A stretch of 32,581 bases of DNA. It comes from a virus. Lineage: Duplodnaviria; Caudoviricetes. How positions within the stretch are numbered: position 1 is the stretch's first letter; every line of letters starts with the position of its first letter. Both the position numbers and the translations under genes were made by a program. The stretch spans positions 1 to 32,581 of IMG/VR virus record IMGVR_UViG_3300003965_000017. The stretch is one strand, 5' to 3'. Shown here one piece after another: positions 25,651 to 32,581 of the stretch. A model generated the notes under the pieces. The model saw only the letters and a program-made list of their open reading frames with translations, was not told the DNA's origin and did not search any database.

Positions 25651-26283
25651 ATGGCTGCCCCGCAAATCGAATTCGCCTATCCCACCAACTGGCCGGTCGG
25701 CCGCCCGCGCACCCCGTGGAACGAACGCAAGAATTCCCCCTTCCGCCACCAGGGCGGCTCGCTGCTGTTCGACCAAGCGGTACGCCGCTTGCAGGAACAG
25801 ACCGAGCTGGTCACCCAGCGTGGTCATCGCTGGCGGATGCGCGAGCTGACCCTTTCCACCAACTTTGAGCTGCGCGCCGATGGCCGCCCCCGGCGCGACA
25901 GAGGAACGCCCAGCGGCCCGGATGTCGCCTTCTTCTTCGAGCTAGACGGCAAGCCCCACCTGCTCGCCTGCGACCGCTACGACACGATCCCCGGCAATAT
26001 CGCCGCCATCGCCGCCCACATCGAGGCGCTGCGCGGTCAGGAGCGCTGGGGCGTGGCCACCCTGCACGAGGCCTTCGCAGGTCACGTCGCGCTGCCGGCA
26101 CCCGAGCAGTGGTGGCAGGTCCTCGGCCTGACCGCCGCCGCACCGGCTGATCTGATCCAGCGTCGATACCGCGAGCTCGCCCGCGACGCCCACCCCGATC
26201 GCGGCGGCAGCACTGCCGCCATGGCGCGCCTCAACGCCGCCCGCGACGCCGGGCTGCGCGCAGCTGCAGGAGGTGCGGCATGA
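25651..26283 (+). CDS. Phage protein with C-terminal DnaJ (J) domain
   Basis: WWQVLGL...I.RRYRELA..AHPDRGG....MARLN.A (HPD motif); N-terminal YP..WP.GRPRT region; AGGAG SD. Confidence 0.88.
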   Translation: MAAPQIEFAYPTNWPVGRPRTPWNERKNSPFRHQGGSLLFDQAVRRLQEQTELVTQRGHRWRMRELTLSTNFELRADGRPRRDRGTPSGPDVAFFFELDGKPHLLACDRYDTIPGNIAAIAAHIEALRGQERWGVATLHEAFAGHVALPAPEQWWQVLGLTAAAPADLIQRRYRELARDAHPDRGGSTAAMARLNAARDAGLRAAAGGAA

Positions 26284-26802
26284 GCGCCTATCTGCTCTCC
26301 GGGGCCGAGGTCAGCCCCTGCGCCAACTATCGCTACCGGCTCTGGCGTGGCTGGGACCGCTCGCGCGTGGCCATCTGTGTCTTCGTCATGCTCAACCCCA
26401 GCACGGCCGACGCCGATCAGGACGATCCGACGATCCGGCGGTGCGTGACCTTCGCCAAGCGGCTCGGCTGCACGGGGATCGAAGTCATCAACCTCTTCGC
26501 CTGGCGGGCGACCAGCCCCAAGGAACTGCTTGCGGTCGGTCCCGAGCGGGACCCTTGCGGCCCCGGCAACCAGCGCGCGTTCCTCGATGCGCTCGCGCAC
26601 CCCAAGATGATCGTCTGCGCCTGGGGCGCCCACGGCACGCATCTAGGGCAGGACCAGACGGCCCTTGGCTGGATCGACCAATACAATGATCGCGGTGCGC
26701 CGGTGATCGCGCTCGGCCTGACCAAGGAAGGCCAGCCCCGCCACCCGCTCTACCTGCCTAGCGACGCGCAGCCGATCCCCTTCGGAGGTGCGGCATGAGC
26801 GC
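26269..26802 (+). repeat. 19-bp direct repeat GGAGGTGCGGCATGAGCGC flanking the DUF1643 gene
   Basis: Identical copies at 26269-26287 and 26784-26802, each containing the SD and an ATGA stop/start junction. Confidence 0.85.
26280..26798 (+). CDS. DUF1643 family protein
   Basis: S.C..YRY.L.R.W, FVMLNPSTAD...DDPTIRRC..FA, NLFA.RAT.P, CAWG, G.TK.G.PRHPLY. Confidence 0.9.
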   Translation: MSAYLLSGAEVSPCANYRYRLWRGWDRSRVAICVFVMLNPSTADADQDDPTIRRCVTFAKRLGCTGIEVINLFAWRATSPKELLAVGPERDPCGPGNQRAFLDALAHPKMIVCAWGAHGTHLGQDQTALGWIDQYNDRGAPVIALGLTKEGQPRHPLYLPSDAQPIPFGGAA

Positions 26803-26983
26803 TCCAATCACGCCGCGGACCCGCGAGGAGGAGTTGGACGCCGAGTGCACCCGCTTCCGGGAGGTCATGTGCAGGATCGTCACGGCCCGCGACGAAGGCG
26901 ACTTCGACGGCATGATGCAGGCGATCACCGAGGGGCAGACCGAAACGATCCTCTCGGCTCTCCGCAGGGCACGTGAGCGATGA
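26795..26983 (+). CDS. Small hypothetical protein
   Basis: GGAGG SD; ATGA coupling. Confidence 0.6.
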   Translation: MSAPITPRTREEELDAECTRFREVMCRIVTARDEGDFDGMMQAITEGQTETILSALRRARER

Positions 26984-27144
26984 CCGATCTCGACGCCCTG
27001 CGCCCGAAGACCCTCGAAGGGGTCAAGCGCCTCGCCAAGCAGCTGAAGAAGCGTGACGGCATCCAGTACGCCGACGCGCTCGATCTGGCCGCCCAGCAGG
27101 CGGGCTGTGCCAATTTCGAGACCGCAAGGATCGAACTCGCATGA
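26980..27144 (+). CDS. Small helical protein (54 aa) resembling the N-terminal module of DUF5623-type proteins
   Basis: RPKTLEGVKRLAKQLKK..GI.Y..ALD.AA..AG..NF; ATGA-coupled. Family call from memory. Confidence 0.55.
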   Translation: MTDLDALRPKTLEGVKRLAKQLKKRDGIQYADALDLAAQQAGCANFETARIELA

Positions 27145-27275
27145 TCCCCCGGATCACCATCGCCCGCTGGGGCGGCCCGTCAGACCATAGCGAAACATGG
27201 TTCGAAGGCCGCTCGATGGCCATCGAATGGCTGGGCCTCATCCTCGAACTCAACATCGGAAAGGCGCGCCCATGA
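27141..27275 (+). CDS. Small hypothetical protein (44 aa)
   Basis: Fills the gap exactly, with ATGA overlaps at both ends. Confidence 0.5.
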   Translation: MIPRITIARWGGPSDHSETWFEGRSMAIEWLGLILELNIGKARP

Positions 27276-28468
27276 CCGGTCTTTTCTCCGGCGGCGTCCG
27301 TATGCTCCACGAAGAGGCGGTCGAACTGACCCTGCAGTCCCTGCGCGCTTACTGGGATAGGCACCAGCACGTCGCCGTCGCCTGGTCGGGTGGGAAGGAC
27401 AGCACCGCCACCCTCACGCTCATGGTCCACCTGATCGAGGCCGGCCACCTGCCGCGCCCTGCGAAGCTCTATGTCTTCTACGCCGACACCCGGCAGGAAC
27501 TGCCGCCGATCCAGCGCGCGGCCGAGCTGCTCATGGTCATGCTCTCCCAGCGCGACTGGATCGAGGTCACCGTGGTGCGCGCGCCGCTCGAAAAGCGCTT
27601 CATGGTCTACATCCTCGGCCGAGGCGTGCCGCCGCCGAACAACAACACGCTGCGCTGGTGCACTCGGCAGATCAAGGTCGAGCCGATGGCCGAGGCGTTG
27701 GGGCAGGCGATCGAGAGCCTGCCCGGCACGGCCCTGATGATCACCGGCGTGCGTGAGGGCGAAAGCGCGGTGCGCGACGGCCGTATCGCCATGTCCTGCA
27801 GCAAGGATGGCGCCGAGTGCGGGCAAGGCTGGTACCAGCAGGTCCTGCCGGATGCGAAGGGGATCAAGGGTCGCATCGCCACTCTTGCGCCGATTCTGCA
27901 TTGGCGGGTCTGCACCGTCTGGGACTGGCTGCGCATCTACGCCCCGCGTCCTGAGTTCGGGGGCTGGCCGACCGCTATCCTCGCCGACGCCTACGGGGGC
28001 GACGATGCCGAAGAGGTCAACGCCCGCACCGGCTGCATCGGCTGCCCTCTCGCCGCGAGGGACACGGCGCTCGAAGTCATCTGCGACATGCCGGCATGGG
28101 CACACCTCGCGCCGCTCAAGGAACTCAAGCCCCTCTACCGGTGGATGCGCGAACCCGCCCAGCGCCTGCGCAAGTCGGGGGCCGAGCGCCTGAAAGATGG
28201 CAGCATCGCCAAGAACCCCCAGCGCATGGGCCCCCTCACGCTCGAGGCGCGCGCGGTGGCGCTCGAGCAGATCCTCGACATCCAACGCCGCGCCGGCGTC
28301 GACCTGATCAACCCCGAGGAAGAGACCCGCATCCGCGAGCTTATCGCCGCCCGCACCTTCCCGGACAAGTGGGCAGGGGACGAACCCCGCGCCGATCGCT
28401 GGCTCGATGCGGTCTATCAGGACGGCTCGGTGCAGCCGATCCTCTTCCGGGATCTGGTCGGCTCATGA
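27272..28468 (+). CDS. PAPS-reductase-family PP-loop enzyme, DndC-like
   Basis: SGGKDS PP-loop, DT..E.P, ILGRGVPPP....RWCTRQIK, GVR.GES..RD, PI..W....VW, RTGCIGC, GPLTLEAR...LE..L..Q...LI..EE. Confidence 0.85.
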   Translation: MTGLFSGGVRMLHEEAVELTLQSLRAYWDRHQHVAVAWSGGKDSTATLTLMVHLIEAGHLPRPAKLYVFYADTRQELPPIQRAAELLMVMLSQRDWIEVTVVRAPLEKRFMVYILGRGVPPPNNNTLRWCTRQIKVEPMAEALGQAIESLPGTALMITGVREGESAVRDGRIAMSCSKDGAECGQGWYQQVLPDAKGIKGRIATLAPILHWRVCTVWDWLRIYAPRPEFGGWPTAILADAYGGDDAEEVNARTGCIGCPLAARDTALEVICDMPAWAHLAPLKELKPLYRWMREPAQRLRKSGAERLKDGSIAKNPQRMGPLTLEARAVALEQILDIQRRAGVDLINPEEETRIRELIAARTFPDKWAGDEPRADRWLDAVYQDGSVQPILFRDLVGS

Positions 28469-29187
28469 CATTCACCATCGAGAACGAACTGCCCGGCAGC
28501 GGCACTCTGACCGTCCGCCTCGGCAACCGCGTCACGCTATACTGCGGCGACGCCTACGCCATCCGGCCCACTCTGGGCTGGATGGACGCCGACGTCATGG
28601 ATCCGCCCTACCTCTTCGACAACAGCGGCGGCGGGGCCTTCCGCAAGAGCCGGGAAGGCAGCAATCGCATCGTTGAGGAACGGCTCGATCAGGGCTTCGA
28701 TCATCGCATCATCAACCCGCTGCTCTGCGGCGCGGCCGTGGTCTTCTGCCACAACGACCAGCTGCCCCAGCTGCTGCCCTTCATGGCCGGCAGCTTCAGC
28801 CGCTTCGCGCTGCTGGTCTGGGAAAAGCCCAACCCCATGCCGATGCGGAACAAGCATTACCTGCCCGATACCGAGCCCTTCATCCACGCCTGGTCGAAGG
28901 GCTATGCACCCGTCGGCGATCATCACGACATGCACCGCGTGATCAGGGCGCGGTCGGTGAAGACCAGTACCTTCGATCACCCAACCGTGAAGCCCGACGC
29001 CGTCATGGACAAGATCGTCCGCAACGTCCCCGGCAGCACGATCTGCGATCCCTTCATGGGCACCGGCTCGACCGGCGTCGCGGCCGTGAAGGCCGGCAAG
29101 GCCTTCGTCGGGATCGAGCAAAACCCCACCCATTTCGAAACCGCCTGCCGTCGCATCGCGGCAGCACTGGAAGGAACCGCACAATGA
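28465..29187 (+). CDS. N6-adenine/N4-cytosine DNA methyltransferase, beta class
   Basis: Catalytic DPPY near the N-terminus, HPTVKP, and SAM-binding DPFMGTGSTG near the C-terminus. Confidence 0.92.
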   Translation: MTFTIENELPGSGTLTVRLGNRVTLYCGDAYAIRPTLGWMDADVMDPPYLFDNSGGGAFRKSREGSNRIVEERLDQGFDHRIINPLLCGAAVVFCHNDQLPQLLPFMAGSFSRFALLVWEKPNPMPMRNKHYLPDTEPFIHAWSKGYAPVGDHHDMHRVIRARSVKTSTFDHPTVKPDAVMDKIVRNVPGSTICDPFMGTGSTGVAAVKAGKAFVGIEQNPTHFETACRRIAAALEGTAQ

Positions 29188-30401
29188 CCTCAATCGAATG
29201 GACCGACGAAAGCTGGAATCCGATCCGCGCCCGCCTGCGCTCCGATCCCACCGTGATCGGGTGGCACTGCGAGCACGCATCGCCCGGGTGCGAGCATTGC
29301 TACTCCGAAACCCGCAACCGCTCCGGCCGCTGCAACATGGGGACGAAGCTGCCCTACAAGCCAAGCCACCGGAGGGACATCGAGGTCTTCCTCGACGAGG
29401 CCCAGCTGCTGAAGCCGCTCCGGTGGAAGAAGGGCCGCAAGATCTTCGTCTGCTCGATGAGCGATCTCTTCGCCGACTTTGTCACCGGTGACATGCTCGA
29501 CCGCATCTTCGCGGTGATGGCGCTCTGCCCCCAGCACACCTTCCAGGTGCTGACGAAGCGCTCGGCGCGGATGCGGGAGTATTTCGCCAATTCAGGTGAC
29601 TTCGGCATCTGCCATGGCACCCCTCGGCGCGTGTGGCAGGCGATGTATGGGGTGGCTAAGACCCGCGCTGCGGCCGAGACGCTCGATAGCTGGTACGGCG
29701 GCCCGACCGCGGCACAATGGCCTCTCCCGAACGTCTGGCTTGGCGTCAGCGTCGAGGACCAGCAGCGCGCCGATGAGCGCATCCCCGACTTGCTCGCCAC
29801 CCCCGCCGCCCTCCGCTGGATCAGCGCCGAACCCCTGCTCGGGCCGGTGGATTTGACGCGCATCATGGAGGCGGGCCGAGACGAGTGCTTTCGAGGCGAG
29901 CCGAAGATCGTCAAGACGCTTGATGGTCGCAGCTGGTCCGAGACGCGCGGCAACCTCAACAGTCTTACCGGCCATTACTGGGGCGAAGACCTGATCGACG
30001 GTCAATGGGAGGACTGGCTTGGAGAGGGCGAGCGATCGCCAGGCTTCGATCGGCCTGGCTATTACAAGCCTCTCGACTGGGTAGTAGTCGGCGGCGAGAG
30101 CGGCACGGGCGCGCGCCCGATGCACCCCGACTGGGCCCGCTCCCTCCGCGACCAGTGCGCCGCCGCCGGCGTCACCTTCTTCTTCAAGCAATGGGGCGAG
30201 TGGGCGCCGATCGGATGGGAGCATGCCGGCAGCAAGCACCTGGTCACCGGCGACGGGTTCATCGTCCCCAAGGCCTTGGCCGACATGAAGCGCAACCAGT
30301 ATGGCCACGGCCTGATCGAGGTCGCCAAGCTCGGCAAGAAGCGCGCCGGCCGTCGGCTCGACGGCGCGCTGCACGACGGGATGCCGGGTGTCCATGGCTG
30401 A
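29184..30401 (+). CDS. DUF5131 (phage Gp37Gp68) three-Cys protein
   Basis: IEWTD.SWNP, Cx6Cx2C (CEHASPGCEHC), FVCSMSDLF, HTFQVLTKR, NVWLGVSVE, SAEPLLGP, WVVVGGESG..ARPM, FFFKQWG. Confidence 0.93.
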   Translation: MTSIEWTDESWNPIRARLRSDPTVIGWHCEHASPGCEHCYSETRNRSGRCNMGTKLPYKPSHRRDIEVFLDEAQLLKPLRWKKGRKIFVCSMSDLFADFVTGDMLDRIFAVMALCPQHTFQVLTKRSARMREYFANSGDFGICHGTPRRVWQAMYGVAKTRAAAETLDSWYGGPTAAQWPLPNVWLGVSVEDQQRADERIPDLLATPAALRWISAEPLLGPVDLTRIMEAGRDECFRGEPKIVKTLDGRSWSETRGNLNSLTGHYWGEDLIDGQWEDWLGEGERSPGFDRPGYYKPLDWVVVGGESGTGARPMHPDWARSLRDQCAAAGVTFFFKQWGEWAPIGWEHAGSKHLVTGDGFIVPKALADMKRNQYGHGLIEVAKLGKKRAGRRLDGALHDGMPGVHG

Positions 30402-30720
30402 GCGGCCCTCCTATCCCCGCATCAACTGCTGCATCAAGGGCTGCAAGCGCGGCACGACGAAGTTCGCACCCGGCTACACGATCATCTGCGGCAAATGCTG
30501 GCGGCGCGCGCCGAAGGAGACGCGGGCCTCTGTGACTCGATGGCAGAAGCGCGGCAGACAATTCGCTGCCAAGGGTGATGATGAGGGCGCCGCAATCGCG
30601 TTCCGACGCGCGGACAGGTTCTTCGACCGGATCCGCGCACTGCTGAGCGACGAGGGTGAGGCTACGCCTGGCCTGCACCCAGTAATGGCCGAAGAGCTCC
30701 GCAAGGCGGGTCTGCTCTGA
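30394..30720 (+). CDS. Cys-rich hypothetical phage protein
   Basis: CCIKGC...CGKCW putative Zn site; overlaps the upstream stop. Confidence 0.7.
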   Translation: MAERPSYPRINCCIKGCKRGTTKFAPGYTIICGKCWRRAPKETRASVTRWQKRGRQFAAKGDDEGAAIAFRRADRFFDRIRALLSDEGEATPGLHPVMAEELRKAGLL

Positions 30721-30886
30721 TGCCGATGTTCGATCGCGTCTGGTACTGGCGATCACCCTGCCCCACCGCAAGGGGCAGCGCTGCCGCATCCTCGCGCGCG
30801 GCACCATGAACGCGTGCCGCATCGAGTTCGAGGATGGCGAGCGTCACATCGTCTCGCGCTTTGCGGTCAGGGAGGCCGCACCGTGA
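30720..30886 (+). pseudogene. Small phage gene with an apparent 1-nt frameshift
   Basis: One frame reads MPMFDRVWYWRS; the -1 frame continues LPHRKGQRCRILARGTMNACRIEFEDGERHIVSRFAVR to a stop coupled with the next start. Break at ~30756. Confidence 0.55.
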
Positions 30887-31032
30887 CCCCGCCGCCGCCT
30901 CCTGCCATCTTCGAACTGGCGAAGGTGCTTGCGCGCGCGGCGGTGGCGCGGGACATAGCCCGCCTGCGGGAAAGCGAATCGACCGATGCGAACCCTGATC
31001 TACGCCCGATATTCCAGCCAGCTGCAGAATAG
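30883..31032 (+). CDS. 49-aa ORF overlapping the recombinase 5' end
   Basis: GGAGG SD at 30871, GTG start, amphipathic helix IFELAKVLARAAVARDI. Confidence 0.5.
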   Translation: MTPPPPPAIFELAKVLARAAVARDIARLRESESTDANPDLRPIFQPAAE

Positions 31033-32581
31033 CCGCTCGATCGACCAGCAGATCGGCGTCTGCCGTGACCGCGCGAGCCGCGAGGGCTGGCCGGTGGTCG
31101 ACGTCTTCACGGACTATGCGATCGGCGGCGCGGCCGGCACCGACGAGAGCCAGCGCCCGGGCCTCGCCGCCATGCTCGCCCGCGTCGAGCAGGGCGATAT
31201 CGATCAGGTCCTGATCGACACCACCAGCAGGCTCGCACGCAACCAGGGCGACGCGCACCACCTGCGCGAGCGCCTCAACTTCCACGGTGCGCGCCTCTTC
31301 ACCCTCGGCGATGGCGAGATCGACAGCTTCAAGGGCGCGATCAAGGGCCTGCTCGATGAACAGCAGCGGGTAGAGCTGCGCCACAATATCAAGCGCGGGC
31401 AGGCGGGCACCGTGCGCCAGGGGCGCAGCCCGGCCGGGCTCGCCTATGGCTACCGCCTCGCCAACCGGATCGACGATGGGGGCAGGGCAGTGCGCGGCCT
31501 GCGCGAGGTCGACGAAGACCAAGCGGCGATCGTACGGCGCATATTCACCGAATACGCTGCCGGCAGAAGCCCCGTCGCCATAGCCCGCCAGCTCAACGCT
31601 GAAGGCATCCCCGGCCCGCGAGGCAGTAGCTGGCGCGCCAGCACCATCCGTCCCGATCGCACCCGCGGCAACGGCATGCTCTCGAACCGCCTCTACATCG
31701 GCGAGCTGGTCCACAACCGCACCAGCAAGGTGATCGAACCCGTCACCCGCACCACCCGGATCCGCCCCAACCCCGAAAGCGCATGGATCATCGAAAGCGT
31801 CCCCCAGCTGCGCATCATCGACGATGCCCTCTGGGAAGCGGTGCAGGCCGAACTTGAGCGCAACCGCATCGCGAAGCCGGTCTACGCTCGCCGCCCCCGC
31901 CACATCCTTTCGGGTCTCGGCCAGTGCGGCACCTGTGGCGGCGCATGGAACATCAGCACGGGGCGCTTCTGGTCCTGCGGCGCGCGCCGCGACGGCGGCA
32001 CCTGCACGAACAATCGCACGATCAGCACCGAAAGCTACGAGCGCCACGCGCTCGCGGCGCTGCAGGACCAGCTGCTGGATCCCGAAGTGGTCTCGGCCTA
32101 CGTCCGCGAATACCATGAGGAATTCGCCCGCCGCGCGCGGCAGGGCCGCCAGCGCAAGGCCGCGCTCGAACGCCAGCTGCAGGCCGCCACCGCCAAGGTT
32201 GAACGCTTGGTCGCCGCCGTGGCCGAAGGTGCAGGCGAATTCGCCGAGATCCGCGAAGCCCTGCGCGCCGCCCGCCTTGATCGCGATCGCACGGCGGCCG
32301 AGCTGGCCGAGATGGATGCGGTCCGGGTCATAGCCCTGCACCCCGCCATCGCCGAGGAATACCGCCGCCATGTGGACGACCTGCGCACCGCACTCGCCGA
32401 ACCCGCCGCCCGTGAGGCGGCGATACCCGCTGTGCGCGAGCTGATCGACCGCATCATCCTCACTCCCAACCCGACCGGACGAGGCGTGAACGTAGAAGTC
32501 TGCGCCCGCCTCGCCGCCGTGGTCGAACTCGCCACCGGCGAACCGCCCGAGCGCGCAGACAAGGGCCGTCAAGCCGGATGA
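30986..32581 (+). CDS. Large serine recombinase (integrase)
   Basis: YARYSS catalytic Ser, RPGL..ML, SRLARN, YGY recombinase domain, CGTCGG...C...C zinc ribbon, coiled coil. Confidence 0.95.
   Translation: MRTLIYARYSSQLQNSRSIDQQIGVCRDRASREGWPVVDVFTDYAIGGAAGTDESQRPGLAAMLARVEQGDIDQVLIDTTSRLARNQGDAHHLRERLNFHGARLFTLGDGEIDSFKGAIKGLLDEQQRVELRHNIKRGQAGTVRQGRSPAGLAYGYRLANRIDDGGRAVRGLREVDEDQAAIVRRIFTEYAAGRSPVAIARQLNAEGIPGPRGSSWRASTIRPDRTRGNGMLSNRLYIGELVHNRTSKVIEPVTRTTRIRPNPESAWIIESVPQLRIIDDALWEAVQAELERNRIAKPVYARRPRHILSGLGQCGTCGGAWNISTGRFWSCGARRDGGTCTNNRTISTESYERHALAALQDQLLDPEVVSAYVREYHEEFARRARQGRQRKAALERQLQAATAKVERLVAAVAEGAGEFAEIREALRAARLDRDRTAAELAEMDAVRVIALHPAIAEEYRRHVDDLRTALAEPAAREAAIPAVRELIDRIILTPNPTGRGVNVEVCARLAAVVELATGEPPERADKGRQAG

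Larger units (their letters stand above)
560..32581. mobile_element. Defective (head-less) P2-like prophage next to tRNA-Gly; right boundary lies outside the window
   Basis: Contiguous P2-type tail, baseplate and lysis genes, a CI/Cro switch, Ogr, primase-helicase and serine recombinase. Left boundary is approximate and no att duplication is visible in the window. Confidence 0.92.

Noticed and set aside
27272-28468. Complete Dnd phosphorothioation system, or CysH sulfate-assimilation gene
   Set aside because: No dndA/B/D/E, ssp or cys neighbours in the window; only a DndC-like solo gene is supported.
28465-29187. Restriction-modification system
   Set aside because: No recognisable endonuclease nearby; treated as an orphan methyltransferase.
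30662-32572. 636-aa minus-strand ORF
   Set aside because: Antisense shadow of the serine recombinase.

Overview
High-GC alphaproteobacterial-looking DNA (sphingomonad-like by inference). A host single-domain response regulator and tRNA-Gly(CCC) (486-559) are followed by a ~32 kb P2-like (contractile-tail) prophage that fills the rest of the window. From left to right: an AT-rich iteron/inverted-repeat block (putative origin), only the 3' third of the major capsid gene (portal, large terminase and scaffold are absent), then M-L-X-R-S and J-I-H. Next come the lysis cassette (two membrane proteins, a DUF3380-type muramidase, overlapping spanins), a second fibre/spike gene fused by deletion to an acyltransferase-3 remnant, and V-W-FI-FII-E/E'-T-U-D. 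After these are two leftward accessory genes, a lambda-like CI/Cro switch with tandem palindromic operators, CII-like and Ogr genes, a Toprim primase-helicase and a long translationally coupled accessory operon. The window ends at the stop codon of a large serine recombinase. The strongest leads are (i) a stand-alone DndC-like enzyme coupled to a beta-class DNA methyltransferase and a DUF5131 three-Cys protein (candidate phage DNA-modification module) and (ii) the headless but otherwise induction-, replication-, tail- and lysis-competent architecture (tailocin-like or decaying). All family calls come from motif recognition by eye, not database searches.
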